IMG/VR virus record: IMGVR_UViG_3300033150_001207
Coordinates: 20,204-84,203 of that record
Direction: 5' to 3' (one strand)
DNA length: 64,000 nucleotides
Origin: a virus
The notes beneath the pieces are model-generated. The model ran no database searches. It was not told the origin of the DNA and saw nothing but the letters and a program-made list of their open reading frames with translations. Of this stretch, positions 18,501 through 27,921 are shown in pieces. The position numbers and the translations under genes were made by a program. Each line of letters starts with the position of its first letter. The first letter of the stretch is position 1.

Positions 18501-19168
18501 CCACATCCGATTTTTTTTTCACAAAGAGTCTCTGGGATATAACAAGACTTAGACGATTATGTTCGATATTCAAGACCAACACTGCCAGTGATATTACAGT
18601 AGAGTATTATAAAGACACACGTACAACGCCCGAAACTGTGGATGCATTACCGAGCGCCGCTACCATGGCTCTCACGGGACACAGGATAAGACATTTAATA
18701 TCGTATCTGGATTTACGTGCGTGGGTACATAGGTTAGCTTTTATTGTCAAGAATGCAACGAGTGTTAAGCCAGTATTGCTGGGATTCGGTGCATATTTCC
18801 AGAGAGTTTATGAAGAACTTAAAGATAGAGATGATTATGAAACGATAACGATTACCGCTTCGAGTAATGATGTGTTAATATTTACGAGCAGTCAGGGTGG
18901 CTCTGATGTATCAATAACCGTTCCCGCTGGCGTTTACACTTTCGATGCCGCACTTCACGCTCTTGAGGACGCAATGAATGATAACGATGAGTTGGTCGGT
19001 GTATTTACTGTTACCTGCGTGGATAGTAAAACCACCATTTCTATTGACAGTGGTACGATTGCGTATACAAACAATGGTAGCGCTGGCGGTTCGGCGTTCG
19101 GGTTCACAAGTGATAAAGCAGCGGCGTCAAGCATCACGGCTGATAATGCATTAACAGAAGCACCATAA
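15578..19168 (+). CDS. Tail nozzle/stabilisation protein (P22 gp10/T7 gp12-like position), 1196 aa
   Basis: Follows the adaptors; propeller-like segments (FSELENFRY, SNSIGCPAPLTI, LWLSDKG, WLVYDLIRDRW); N-terminal 21-aa repeats. Confidence 0.65.
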   Translation: MAEEDLVIQPDQTPELRTDIPQAPDTTVVNGDIVPNLRTDIPQAPDTVVTDSDTKPTLNIDIPTAPDTIVTDTAITPKLDTEFPTAPDTVVTVPDSVPQLSQEFPVADDIPLERAEFSFARGRWLPKGDALTIGEENFSELENFRYTDFGLEGVGGFTRLNGNYKIATSIENGIQLTTNYSAAPSYVIVQSGESPKNYYYYTDAIPNAVSGAATALHSGVAGNSTARFSKLPNGHIGICDGKENLIWAGEQMPVGAFLVADIVDGTIAYFPQMVDDDHIQDFTNIINNTLNDSNNYVDLNYVTTAFGDDSSTVTVANTSGNIMRYTDNEVVDHHCDFVTNGLAVGHAIVVKKGGPFGGTNEGMFKVTAVAETYFEVENPDGALEGPVTLTADAIRTWGKRILIGTTRRARGFTFDIETANTKSATLTEIYVIAPTTGAFTGITTGASVITDGTEVGGKTMAQSGSVTWTDPEIDEVKTFFKGYYLYWYLLGISDCNANIANVTAKCDVQSLSDIWDGVYRKPILCKYYDDDNTPSVRDYTLEINTKTPITQQTNTDIDPYTVPIQNMEPKIDYLTVMFEEPIRASIINLYTYKTGNSATQDGTVNVRYNVGDTWCNVRRIIRDSTAVPGYNQGGYAIGDFRNHTQFLPFYRSGVIQWRIDPTQVAPERSVTIDGITGYAYKFVTETTKITGDVQIDTIDGIPDLPEIDTLYIFPFQYKNRAMWCGAISDNEKNRVDYSKTNTVDVYNGMDASGFHHERSLYFGDHRALTGAIELFNQYGDTVESIALFFKDTETYMLTGYNPETFKIHRISNSIGCPAPLTITSAEVSLKVEDAPAQNIALWLSDKGPKMYINNTIRSIKGVENYFQQSETEAINTSYFSICRAWFNSDYQEWNLLIPSGSGQTTINTWLVYDLIRDRWYKNTPTDDFPEGAFPVVDTNGLSYNYGYTTDNGGVLLRMENGLKWGDTDDIENKVTTSDFFFTKSLWDITRLRRLCSIFKTNTASDITVEYYKDTRTTPETVDALPSAATMALTGHRIRHLISYLDLRAWVHRLAFIVKNATSVKPVLLGFGAYFQRVYEELKDRDDYETITITASSNDVLIFTSSQGGSDVSITVPAGVYTFDAALHALEDAMNDNDELVGVFTVTCVDSKTTISIDSGTIAYTNNGSAGGSAFGFTSDKAAASSITADNALTEAP
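15623..15904 (+). repeat. About 4.5 tandem 63-bp (21-aa) repeats, L.TDIP.APDT.V
   Basis: LRTDIPQAPDTTVVNGDIVPN / LRTDIPQAPDTVVTDSDTKPT / LNIDIPTAPDTIVTDTAITPK / LDTEFPTAPDTVVTVPDSVPQ / LSQEFPVADD. Confidence 0.9.
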
Positions 19169-19177
19169 AGGTATAAT

Positions 19178-19543
19178 ATGTGGAGTATATTACGATATTT
19201 ACAAACTGTGGTTAATTCCGACCCTGATAGTGATATTGCTTACGAATACTACAGGAATACCAGAACTGGAACTACTGCAACTAATTTGCCGAGCGCTGTA
19301 ACGACAAGCGGGACTGGGCATCGTAATAGACGCATAATATCGGGCGATAGTCTCAATTGGCGTAATCACAGATTAAGTATTACAACAAAAAGATGGGATG
19401 GTACACTTACATTTACTCATGATTGGACTTTCGATAATACCACTCTTTGCAGATTTTTGGTCAATGTTTTGATGGATGCAGACGGTGATATCAATATAAA
19501 TGACGCACAACACTTAATTGGAATATATCCAGGGATAGGTTGA
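19178..19543 (+). CDS. Small protein whose N-terminal ~70 aa duplicate a late segment of the nozzle protein
   Basis: SDIAYEYYRNTRT...LPSA.T..GTGHRNRRIIS...HRL versus SDITVEYYKDTRT...LPSAAT..LTGHRIRHLIS...HRL (18548-18751). Confidence 0.6.
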   Translation: MWSILRYLQTVVNSDPDSDIAYEYYRNTRTGTTATNLPSAVTTSGTGHRNRRIISGDSLNWRNHRLSITTKRWDGTLTFTHDWTFDNTTLCRFLVNVLMDADGDININDAQHLIGIYPGIG

Positions 19544-19547
19544 TAAA

Positions 19548-20810
19548 ATGCTAACAGGTGGATTGCTTGAACTTCTCGATAAACTTATGGGTAAAGCTGT
19601 CGGGTCTGGAACATATAATCAGACTACAGATAGTAATGAAGCTATCAGGGAAGCTATTGATGGGTTGAATGATGTTTCTGCTGCAGAGGTTAATGCTGAA
19701 TGCGATACCGCTTTATCTGATTATGACCCGCCTACAAGAGCAGAGCTTACGGCTGATAAGGACAGTATTATCACAGAAATAAATGCCAACGAAACAAAAA
19801 TCGATGCATTAAATGATATATCTGCTGCAGAGGTTAATGCTGAGGTCGATAATGCACTGAATACTGCAATCCCTACAACTCCGACTACGGATTCAATAAA
19901 TGAGCGTATTAAAGCTATTGATGATAAACTTCCTTCGGGAACAATATCTGATATCACCACAGCTCAAGTCAATACCGAGGTTGATAATGCGATAAATACT
20001 GCTGTACCAGAACCACCTACTGCAAAGAGTCTTGCAGATATTTTGCATAAGGACAGTAATTATACTTACGATAATACGACCGATAGCCTTGAAGCTATTG
20101 CTGATGCTGTGGCAGGAATAAGTGGTGGAGGTGGAGGTTTATCTGCAAAAGAGAAATCGTTGCTTGGTATTGGCGTAGTTCCAGGATTTCAAGACTTTTT
20201 CAATACCGTTGCGAATGGTGCCGCCCCAGACTCAACTTATTGGTCAGTTGTTGAAAATGGTGATGGTGCTGTAACTATACTATCAGTAACACCTTATACT
20301 CCAGGATTTCTACAATGTTATACTGTTGTGACTGGTAATGATGCCATCGCTTATACAAAAGATAAGCGTGTTGTTTCGCTTAAAAATGGTGTTACAACTG
20401 TATGTTTAAAGGCTTACGTGAATTTAAGTTGGGGATGTGCTGGTTATGAGGGAAAATGTGGAATAGGTTTTACAGAGAATGATAATATCCCAGCGGATAC
20501 AGATATTCTTACAGGTGCTGCTCACGAGGTCGCATCAATAGTTGCTGATGCAGGAGTTCCAAAAGCATTTTCTTCTGATGGAAATACGGTCGAGAGCACT
20601 GATTTATCCTCTTATATAAGTGATGATACATGGTTTGATTTAGAAATTAGAATAACTTCATCTGACGTGAAATTTTATATAGATGGTACTCTTAGAGCAA
20701 CACATTCAACAAGTGTTCCTAATAGTGTTTGGCAAGTTGTAGCCAGCGGTACGGGTGAAAATGATACAATTAAAGTAAAAGTGGAAAAAATACAAGTTTG
20801 GGGAGAGTAA
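19548..20810 (+). CDS. Fibre-like virion protein with helical repeats and C-terminal ConA/laminin-G-like domain
   Basis: Repeats (L/I).D(V/I)(S/T).A(E/Q)VN.E.D.A x3 and TTDS.E.I x3; C-terminal WFDLEIRITSSDVKFYIDGTLRATH. Confidence 0.6.
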   Translation: MLTGGLLELLDKLMGKAVGSGTYNQTTDSNEAIREAIDGLNDVSAAEVNAECDTALSDYDPPTRAELTADKDSIITEINANETKIDALNDISAAEVNAEVDNALNTAIPTTPTTDSINERIKAIDDKLPSGTISDITTAQVNTEVDNAINTAVPEPPTAKSLADILHKDSNYTYDNTTDSLEAIADAVAGISGGGGGLSAKEKSLLGIGVVPGFQDFFNTVANGAAPDSTYWSVVENGDGAVTILSVTPYTPGFLQCYTVVTGNDAIAYTKDKRVVSLKNGVTTVCLKAYVNLSWGCAGYEGKCGIGFTENDNIPADTDILTGAAHEVASIVADAGVPKAFSSDGNTVESTDLSSYISDDTWFDLEIRITSSDVKFYIDGTLRATHSTSVPNSVWQVVASGTGENDTIKVKVEKIQVWGE

Positions 20811-21016
20811 TGAATAACTTACAAGAAATACCATGCTCAGTTACACGAGAAATAGATGGCAAGCAATACATAGTACGGAAATTTGGATACAACGGACAGG
20901 TTTACGAAGAGCATCTTATCCCAGTACCAACTGAGAAAACAATCCGTACTTTTAAAAAAGATGGTACTGAGGATACAACCAAACAGAAAAAAGAACCGAT
21001 TAAACTACAGAAGTAA
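20810..21016 (+). CDS. Small hypothetical protein
   Basis: ATG overlaps the upstream stop (TAATG); GGAG RBS. Confidence 0.5.
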   Translation: MNNLQEIPCSVTREIDGKQYIVRKFGYNGQVYEEHLIPVPTEKTIRTFKKDGTEDTTKQKKEPIKLQK

Positions 21017-21112
21017 AAACTTATAACCAATTGCAAAACCATTAACTGGTATTCAAAGAAAATAACGTATAACTATACTAGCGTTTTTAATATTCAGGGA
21101 AAATAACACATA

Positions 21113-21817
21113 ATGCTCGTATCTATACAACCACAAAAAGCGGTATCGTTCACAATAATCACACCTGTATTCGACGCCGAATGGGCTGAGTATATAAGCG
21201 GCGCAGCCAATCTTGATAGCGAAATTTCACAGGACGGCGGTTCTTTCAGTGATTGTACCAACGAGCTTACAGAGATTGGCTCTACTGGTGTTTATTCTCT
21301 CGTTTTAACTGGTACAGAGACAAACTGTTCGCAAGCGCTTATCAAAGCTACTACCACAACTGACGGTGCTAAAATACCGTGCTTTTTCATGAACACGGAA
21401 TCGGCTGGCGGCGGTGATGCTACGGCGGCGAATCAGAACACGATAATTGGTTATCTGGATACAGAAATCGCAGATATAAAAGCCAAAACAGATGGACTGA
21501 ATTTCACAGGCAATTATGTTCAAGCGCAGGTCAAGGGTCAGGACGATATTGACTTTGGGGCAACACAAAAATCCAGCATTCAAGATGCGGTAGAAGCGAA
21601 ACTTACATCTGCAAATACCGAACTTACAAGTGTACCTGCAGCTACTGCTGGATTGCGAGCAATGATCCAATTTATTTTTGAGAAACTTAAGCACAAGGGT
21701 ACGATGAACAAAGACACAGGGGAAGAAAAATTGTATAAAGATGACAATTCTACTGTACTCGGAAGTGCTACCCATAGCGATGACGGGACTACGGTTACAC
21801 GGGGTAAAATGTTATAG
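21113..21817 (+). CDS. Virion structural protein (Ig-like N-terminus, fibre-like)
   Basis: DSEISQDGGSF, TEIGSTGVYSLVLTGTETN, DTEIADIKAKTD, C-terminal LYKDDNSTVL...SDDGTTVTRG. Confidence 0.6.
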   Translation: MLVSIQPQKAVSFTIITPVFDAEWAEYISGAANLDSEISQDGGSFSDCTNELTEIGSTGVYSLVLTGTETNCSQALIKATTTTDGAKIPCFFMNTESAGGGDATAANQNTIIGYLDTEIADIKAKTDGLNFTGNYVQAQVKGQDDIDFGATQKSSIQDAVEAKLTSANTELTSVPAATAGLRAMIQFIFEKLKHKGTMNKDTGEEKLYKDDNSTVLGSATHSDDGTTVTRGKML

Positions 21818-22321
21818 ATGTTATCGGGATATTCTTATAGGGAAATTATAACTATAAATTCATCAGAGGTTGATAATGTTCATATCAGTCCTATTGTTAA
21901 AGTAGAGCTATCATCAAGTAATTTTAATTTTAGTTTGACACGTCCCGATGGTTACGATATACGGTTTACAGATTCCAACGAGGACACACTCTTATCATAT
22001 CAGAGATTGTCCTATGATGTTACATTGGAAAGAGGTATATTTCTTGTCAGACTGTTAGAAAATCTCTCGCCAGATTCGGATACGACATTTTATTTATACT
22101 ATGGGAAATCGGATGCTACCGATGTTTCCGACAGTACCGTTGCTTATGGTACAGCGAAACCGAAACTGTTATTTAATACAATGCGGTACAGGAAATTCAG
22201 AGATGATATGCTTGACAAGGATGATTTACAATACTGGATAGAACAGTATTATTTAAAAATTGATTCAACACATTTATTAGAGATTGACAATGCTGGTTAT
22301 ACATTGATAATAGGTGGATAG
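21818..22321 (+). CDS. DUF2341-like domain virion protein
   Basis: YSYREIITI, PDGYDIRFTDS, LLSY, TTFYLYYG. Confidence 0.7.
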   Translation: MLSGYSYREIITINSSEVDNVHISPIVKVELSSSNFNFSLTRPDGYDIRFTDSNEDTLLSYQRLSYDVTLERGIFLVRLLENLSPDSDTTFYLYYGKSDATDVSDSTVAYGTAKPKLLFNTMRYRKFRDDMLDKDDLQYWIEQYYLKIDSTHLLEIDNAGYTLIIGG

Positions 22322-22526
22322 AACATAAGCTACAATAAGAATAAACAGATTAACGAATTAGTGCAATTAATAAGTACTACCGATAATAACAAGATATTTA
22401 TCAGAGATTGGTAATACTGAGTATACTTTAGCAATTGGTAGGTAAATTATGAGCTATAGTGAAAATAAGCAGATTGGTGGACTGACACAGTTAACAAGTG
22501 CTGCCGATAATGATAAACTCGCAATC
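22279..22526 (+). repeat. Diverged 124-bp tandem duplication spanning a gene junction
   Basis: Copies start AGAGATTG at 22279 and 22403 and align without gaps; EIDNAGYTLIIGG*/EIGNTEYTLAIGR* and ISYNKNKQINELVQL/MSYSENKQIGGLTQL. Confidence 0.85.
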
Positions 22527-24437
22527 GAAGATGCTGACGAAACGACAATATTAAAATATATCGCAGCATCCAATCTCAAAACGTACATGAACGCTGGGTT
22601 TACCGCATCCCGCGCACTTGAAACAGACGGCAGTGGTAAAATTGTTGTTTCTGCTATTACGGCTACAGAACTTAATCACCTCAGCGGTGTAGCAAGCAAT
22701 ATCGGTTCACATATGACTGGTAAAGATGGTGTATATCACTTACCAGACCAGGCAGGACACGGTGGTGAATTCCTAACTACGGATGCATCTGTTGCAAGCT
22801 GGACAGCACTTACTGGATTAATAGGTCCCACAGATATCCAGGACTTCGCTGTTACCATGAGCAAATTATTTACAAAAATACCGGTGATTGACAATGATTC
22901 ATGGAGCGATAATACACCGGGTACGGGATACATTCAGTGGAATACGCATAACCTTTGTTACAATGGCGAGTATTATGAAGTTACAAGCGATAGTACAAAT
23001 CAAGAATTCGTTTGGTGGACAGTTGGTAACAGTGGCGGTTCAGGAACGGTAGCTGACCCATACATAACAACATACAGTGCTGGTGATACTGCACCCACAA
23101 TGACAGATGATACTTTTATTATTTGTACAAACAAGGATGGGAATGGTACTCATAATCTCGCATGGAATAGCATAGCGAATTCGGTTATCGGGACTGCGTA
23201 TATAAAAAGTGGTGCAATAATAAATGCTCATATTGCAGATGCAACAATTGAGCATGCCAAAATTAAAAGTGTGGATGCTGGAACTATTACTGTCGGGAAA
23301 CTTGGGGATGATTACATATCAAGTGCATCGACATGGAATGCAAAGGCAAAAGTGTTCAGGCAAGATACAGAACCGAGTTCGGGAATGTCGGCTGGCGATA
23401 TATGGATTGATACCAGTGATGGTGATAAACCTTATACTTATACTGGAAGTGTATGGAATCCAGAATATACCCATATTGATGGGGGAAATATAACTACGGG
23501 TACGATTACCGCTATTACGCATCAGACAGCATCAAATGGGCAGAGGATTGTAGTAGATGCAAGTGATAATACATTAAGGTTTCATACTGATACAGCAGAA
23601 GATGTTGTTATTATAGATGACTTATTATATGGCAACATTCCAGGCATTCAAATTGGAGAAAGTACACACGGCGGAATTTTTGTGGCAACAAATGGAAATG
23701 TAGAAACATATATGTCTCATGATACAATTCAGATGGGGGGAAAGGAAGGCAGCCCCGCACAATTTAGGGTATTACATGATAGTGTAACCAAGACTATTGT
23801 AGATGCTGCTGGAATAAATGTTATGGATGGGATAGTATACGCATCAGATGAAATATCAACTTCGGGGTTTGTACAAGCCAACGCAGGATACAGAATTGGT
23901 GATACAGAAATTATAGATTCAAACAAAAATATCACAACAAATATAGGTACTGTTGATGGTATTAAAATTTCTGATCATGCCGCCAATGCTGATGCACATC
24001 ACAACGAAGTACACACACTTAACAGCCATTCAGATGTAGATACTACCGGAATATCGGATGGCGAAGTGCTTGAATATGATACTGCTATGGGATGGATTGC
24101 TGGCAGTACCTATACCCCTGGTTCCCATGTCGGTGCCGGTGGTGCTGCTCATGCAGATGTCACTACTACCGTTGATGGTTTTATGACAGCTACCGATAAA
24201 GTTAAATTGAATAGTATTGATACTGGTGCTGATGTTACGGCAGATAACTGGCCAAAAGTTCATGGCAACACTTATCATACATCAAATTATCAAACCGCAG
24301 CTAATGTGGATGCTAAAATATTGACTCATAAAAACGATGCCAATGCTCATCATGCAGCACATAGTGGTGTAAGCGGTTGGTTGGGTGGTCAGGATGTACG
24401 ATTTGAAAACGGTCTTGCGGTTGAATTTGGAACTTAG
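22449..24437 (+). CDS. Tail fibre/spike-like protein
   Basis: 662 aa; TASRALETDGSG, AIINAHIADATIEHAKI, GDIWIDTSDG, IDGGNITTGTI, His-rich HAANADAHH motifs, DGFMTATDKVKL. Confidence 0.7.
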   Translation: MSYSENKQIGGLTQLTSAADNDKLAIEDADETTILKYIAASNLKTYMNAGFTASRALETDGSGKIVVSAITATELNHLSGVASNIGSHMTGKDGVYHLPDQAGHGGEFLTTDASVASWTALTGLIGPTDIQDFAVTMSKLFTKIPVIDNDSWSDNTPGTGYIQWNTHNLCYNGEYYEVTSDSTNQEFVWWTVGNSGGSGTVADPYITTYSAGDTAPTMTDDTFIICTNKDGNGTHNLAWNSIANSVIGTAYIKSGAIINAHIADATIEHAKIKSVDAGTITVGKLGDDYISSASTWNAKAKVFRQDTEPSSGMSAGDIWIDTSDGDKPYTYTGSVWNPEYTHIDGGNITTGTITAITHQTASNGQRIVVDASDNTLRFHTDTAEDVVIIDDLLYGNIPGIQIGESTHGGIFVATNGNVETYMSHDTIQMGGKEGSPAQFRVLHDSVTKTIVDAAGINVMDGIVYASDEISTSGFVQANAGYRIGDTEIIDSNKNITTNIGTVDGIKISDHAANADAHHNEVHTLNSHSDVDTTGISDGEVLEYDTAMGWIAGSTYTPGSHVGAGGAAHADVTTTVDGFMTATDKVKLNSIDTGADVTADNWPKVHGNTYHTSNYQTAANVDAKILTHKNDANAHHAAHSGVSGWLGGQDVRFENGLAVEFGT

Positions 24438-24486
24438 AAAAAATAATAACAACGAAACTTAAACTTATTATTGAGGTATATAACAG

Positions 24487-25035
24487 ATGAAAAGAATTAT
24501 ACTAACATTGCTATTACTATTAACATTGCCGTATACCACTTATAGTAATCCTGTATCAAAACTGTGGGACACTAGCTGGATTTCTCAACAGTGGCTGAAG
24601 TATGGTTTCCTGGGTTCTGCCTGTTTATCTGGTGTACTTGATGGTCTTGTCGAATCACATAAGTTCAACGGCAGATATATAACAAGTAAAAGTGATTATC
24701 ATGCTTACCGATATGCCCAGAACGCAACGATGATAAGCACTGGATGGTTTCTGTCCGCTAATTTAAGAAGTAACAAACTCACATGGAAAACGAAAATTAT
24801 GCGAACAACGTCGCTAATACTTCTAAGACGCAACTGTTTTGAATGGGCATACAAAGCTAATAGATGGGGAAATTGTTTTGATTACAGCGATAAACATACC
24901 TGTAATCATAAAGCAATAGTGTATTTCAAGTGGAATGGAAGCGGATTTACGGATGCTTATATATCGGGAACTGGAACTCAAGGGGTGATTATAGATTTGC
25001 TATGTTGGACTCTAGGAATATGGTTGTTTAAATAA
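24487..25035 (+). CDS. Exported/membrane hypothetical protein
   Basis: MKRIILTLLLLLTLP signal peptide, hydrophobic C-terminal helix. Confidence 0.6.
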   Translation: MKRIILTLLLLLTLPYTTYSNPVSKLWDTSWISQQWLKYGFLGSACLSGVLDGLVESHKFNGRYITSKSDYHAYRYAQNATMISTGWFLSANLRSNKLTWKTKIMRTTSLILLRRNCFEWAYKANRWGNCFDYSDKHTCNHKAIVYFKWNGSGFTDAYISGTGTQGVIIDLLCWTLGIWLFK

Positions 25036-25133
25036 TTGTAAATGTTAATAGACTCATCCACCTGTATTATTAATAATATAAGTGGGTATATAGCTCGAAT
25101 AGTTACAATGTATTATATAAAAGGATTATTATT

Positions 25134-25580
25134 ATGGCATTGACTAATTATTATTACGATATCGAGAGACAGAAAATTGGCGCAATTCCGCAACAACTTC
25201 GTGCGATACCACAGGTAGGTTATACAAAACTGTTACAACAAAAAGCGGCTTCTGACGTTGGACGAACGCTACAACAACAGGATATAGCGAGTAGACTCAT
25301 GAGACAACAATACCAAACGGCATTACCCGAACAGTTTTTAAAAACAGCAAAGCGTGAATATAAAAAAGCATTGCCAATTACTATTGCTGGTGTCGGACTT
25401 GCGGGACTAGGTGCATACAGCGATTATCGCGCAGAAAAACAACGCCAGAAAGAACAGGAAGAGCTGGAATTACTATACAAAATGCTTATGAAAATAGTCG
25501 AGGAAAATGCTGGTCGTATAGCAAAAGCGTATTCTATACCATCAGCAGAGTACAGGGCAGCTTTCAGACCAAAACAATGA
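25134..25580 (+). CDS. Internal virion (ejection) protein
   Basis: Q-rich helical protein with ITIAGVGLAGLGA hydrophobic segment; first of four cargo-like genes. Confidence 0.5.
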   Translation: MALTNYYYDIERQKIGAIPQQLRAIPQVGYTKLLQQKAASDVGRTLQQQDIASRLMRQQYQTALPEQFLKTAKREYKKALPITIAGVGLAGLGAYSDYRAEKQRQKEQEELELLYKMLMKIVEENAGRIAKAYSIPSAEYRAAFRPKQ

Positions 25581-25592
25581 TAAACATCAATA

Positions 25593-26582
25593 ATGATACC
25601 AAAGGAGTATATAATGCCATACGGTGATATGACAGGACCTTACGGACAGGGACCATACACAGGAAGAATGGGGGCATACGCAGCGATACCATTTCACCCA
25701 CAGGAAATATACGGTACACCACAGTCGAGAATGTTCGGAAGGGGGCAATATATAAGCCTTGTGCCATATATACAGGAACAAGCGCAATACCTTCCGCAAT
25801 GGTATCAGATGCGCAGAGAATATGAACTGGAAAAAGAAAGACAGAGAATTGAGCAGGAAAATCTAAGGGAAATGGAAAAGCAGGCTGAGTACGCGAGAAG
25901 AATTGAACTTGCCAATCTGGGTATTAGGGGTACACAAACCGCTGCTGAGCTTGGTATACCACAGTGGGGATATCGAAAATTGTTTCCAGAATCTTCGTAT
26001 TATACACCTGGTTTACAAGATACAGCATTAAGAACAACAACGCAAATCGGATTAAGACCAGAGGTAACTACAAGAGCTTTACCTGAACTTGGACAGTTTG
26101 GCGCTCAAACACCCACTATGCCGCCCGCTCAAACGTTTAGTACAATGCCAACTGGACCGAGGTCGGCTATCCCAATAACGGCTAAAACGGGTACTGCACC
26201 GTCGGCTATTCCACCAAGAGGATTCCTTGGTAGAGGAAAATTTATGGGTACTGGGATGAGCCCATTAGAATTCGGCACAACTGCTCTTAGTGGATTTGGA
26301 TACGGGCAGCAATACGGCGAAAAATTAGATAAGTATTTACCAGGTGGTGGTGATGTAGGAAAATATGTTGGTGGTGCAGCTGCAGGCGCGTTGGGGGCTG
26401 CTGGTATAGGTGGTATAGGTACTGGACTCAGCGCTCTAGGAATAGGTATCGGGACAGGCGGATTGGGATTAATACCAATACTTACAAGTAGCATATTCGG
26501 CGGACTTGGTGCAGCAGCTAAAGAGCATGAGTGGGGTAGAAAAATAAGTAGATGGTGGAAAAAAGCAACTGGGCGTGATTAA
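25593..26582 (+). CDS. Internal virion pilot-like protein with Gly-rich membrane segment
   Basis: Coiled coil plus long VGGAAAGALGAAGIGGIG...GLIPILTSSIFGGLG glycine-zipper stretch. Confidence 0.55.
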   Translation: MIPKEYIMPYGDMTGPYGQGPYTGRMGAYAAIPFHPQEIYGTPQSRMFGRGQYISLVPYIQEQAQYLPQWYQMRREYELEKERQRIEQENLREMEKQAEYARRIELANLGIRGTQTAAELGIPQWGYRKLFPESSYYTPGLQDTALRTTTQIGLRPEVTTRALPELGQFGAQTPTMPPAQTFSTMPTGPRSAIPITAKTGTAPSAIPPRGFLGRGKFMGTGMSPLEFGTTALSGFGYGQQYGEKLDKYLPGGGDVGKYVGGAAAGALGAAGIGGIGTGLSALGIGIGTGGLGLIPILTSSIFGGLGAAAKEHEWGRKISRWWKKATGRD

Positions 26583-26601
26583 ATTATAATGAGGTGATAC
26601 A

Positions 26602-27918
26602 ATGGCATATTACACAAATCCATATACAGGACAGGCAAGTGTAATTGGTGCTTTACAAAGTACACAGGATATTATACGTGGACTGTCGGAAGGGTACATA
26701 CGTAGCAAAGAAGCTGAGCGTGAAGCTGAGCTACGTAGACTTGGAATAGAATTACAGGGCGCACAATTACAAGCACAACAAGAAATTGACCTTGCAAGAA
26801 TAGAAGCTGAAAAAGAAAGACGTTTACGTGACCTTGAGCGTGAGGCAGAAGAATCCAGGCGTATGCAAGAATATCGAGAAGGCTTACTTGGATTGCAAGG
26901 GAAAGAACTTGAACTTGAAAGAGAAAGATTTGAAAAGGTTGAAATACCCACAGCGAAGGCAAGAACGCTTGAAACTGTTTTTAACACACCGATGTCGCCG
27001 AATCAAATAGCACAGCAATTCTATGTGCCTGGTTGCGCTGCAGAAAAGAATTTTCTGGAAAAATTTGATCCTGCTACCCTTGATACGCCATATTTAATAC
27101 TCGGAAAGGTGGCTGAAACACTCACAACGGAAGGTCGGAAATCTCCATATACAAAAGCGCTTGAGGCCGCTGAGACTGCAAAAAAAAGAGGACAGGACTT
27201 GATAAATAGCATGCTCGATCCGTATATACCACCCGACAGCCCTGAGTATGAAAAAACTGTTGAGGCACTATCCAGTATCAATCCGTATATAAAAATAGAC
27301 ACTGATATATATGTAGAACCATCATGGACACCTGGAGAACCAGTACCTACATCAAAAGAACCAATACCTATATCGCTGGAAGAAGCAAGGCGTATAAAGA
27401 AAGAAGACCCCGAAAGAAGAATCATATATGAATATACAGCTTCTTTAGATGTTCCTGCTATATCGAGAGATTACAAACTTGATATAGATGATACTACTTT
27501 GAACAAACTTGCCAGAGAGTTGAGTGTACTGGCTGATATACCAATTGAAAATGCTCGCAGTTTTATAGTAAATAATTACACTGGCACTCTTAATATCTAC
27601 AAACAAAGTTATGATGAAATGACTGATGATATATACAATCAGTATTTACAGTATATAAGAAATCAATCAAGTACAACGCCATCAAGAACTGCAACCCCAA
27701 TGTCTTCCTGGGGATTTGGTCCCGCTTTTACTGAACCATATTATTCACCAGGAAAAGCAATATTTGAAGAGACGCCGAGAACAGCTATGCCGAGATATGA
27801 AGAGTCAAGAATATCCCAGAAACCACAAGTACCCAAAGGCGCTGTAAACCTTGGTACAAGCAAAATCACAGGGAAAACTTATTACAGGCTTCCCGATGGT
27901 ACATATTGGGAGGAATAA
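26602..27918 (+). CDS. Internal virion (ejection) protein
   Basis: E/R/Q coiled coil; C-terminal VPKGAVNLGTSKITGKTYYRLPDG motif; GAGGTG RBS. Confidence 0.55.
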   Translation: MAYYTNPYTGQASVIGALQSTQDIIRGLSEGYIRSKEAEREAELRRLGIELQGAQLQAQQEIDLARIEAEKERRLRDLEREAEESRRMQEYREGLLGLQGKELELERERFEKVEIPTAKARTLETVFNTPMSPNQIAQQFYVPGCAAEKNFLEKFDPATLDTPYLILGKVAETLTTEGRKSPYTKALEAAETAKKRGQDLINSMLDPYIPPDSPEYEKTVEALSSINPYIKIDTDIYVEPSWTPGEPVPTSKEPIPISLEEARRIKKEDPERRIIYEYTASLDVPAISRDYKLDIDDTTLNKLARELSVLADIPIENARSFIVNNYTGTLNIYKQSYDEMTDDIYNQYLQYIRNQSSTTPSRTATPMSSWGFGPAFTEPYYSPGKAIFEETPRTAMPRYEESRISQKPQVPKGAVNLGTSKITGKTYYRLPDGTYWEE

Positions 27919-27921
27919 CAA

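Noticed and set aside
22279-22526. Diversity-generating retroelement TR/VR pair next to fibre genes
   Set aside because: Mismatches are not confined to adenines of one copy, the repeat covers a gene junction rather than a C-terminal variable region, and no reverse transcriptase is in the window.
25055-25087. Palindrome TATTATTAATAATA as an operator
   Set aside because: Pure A/T, single occurrence in an AT-rich genome; cannot be distinguished from chance or a simple hairpin.
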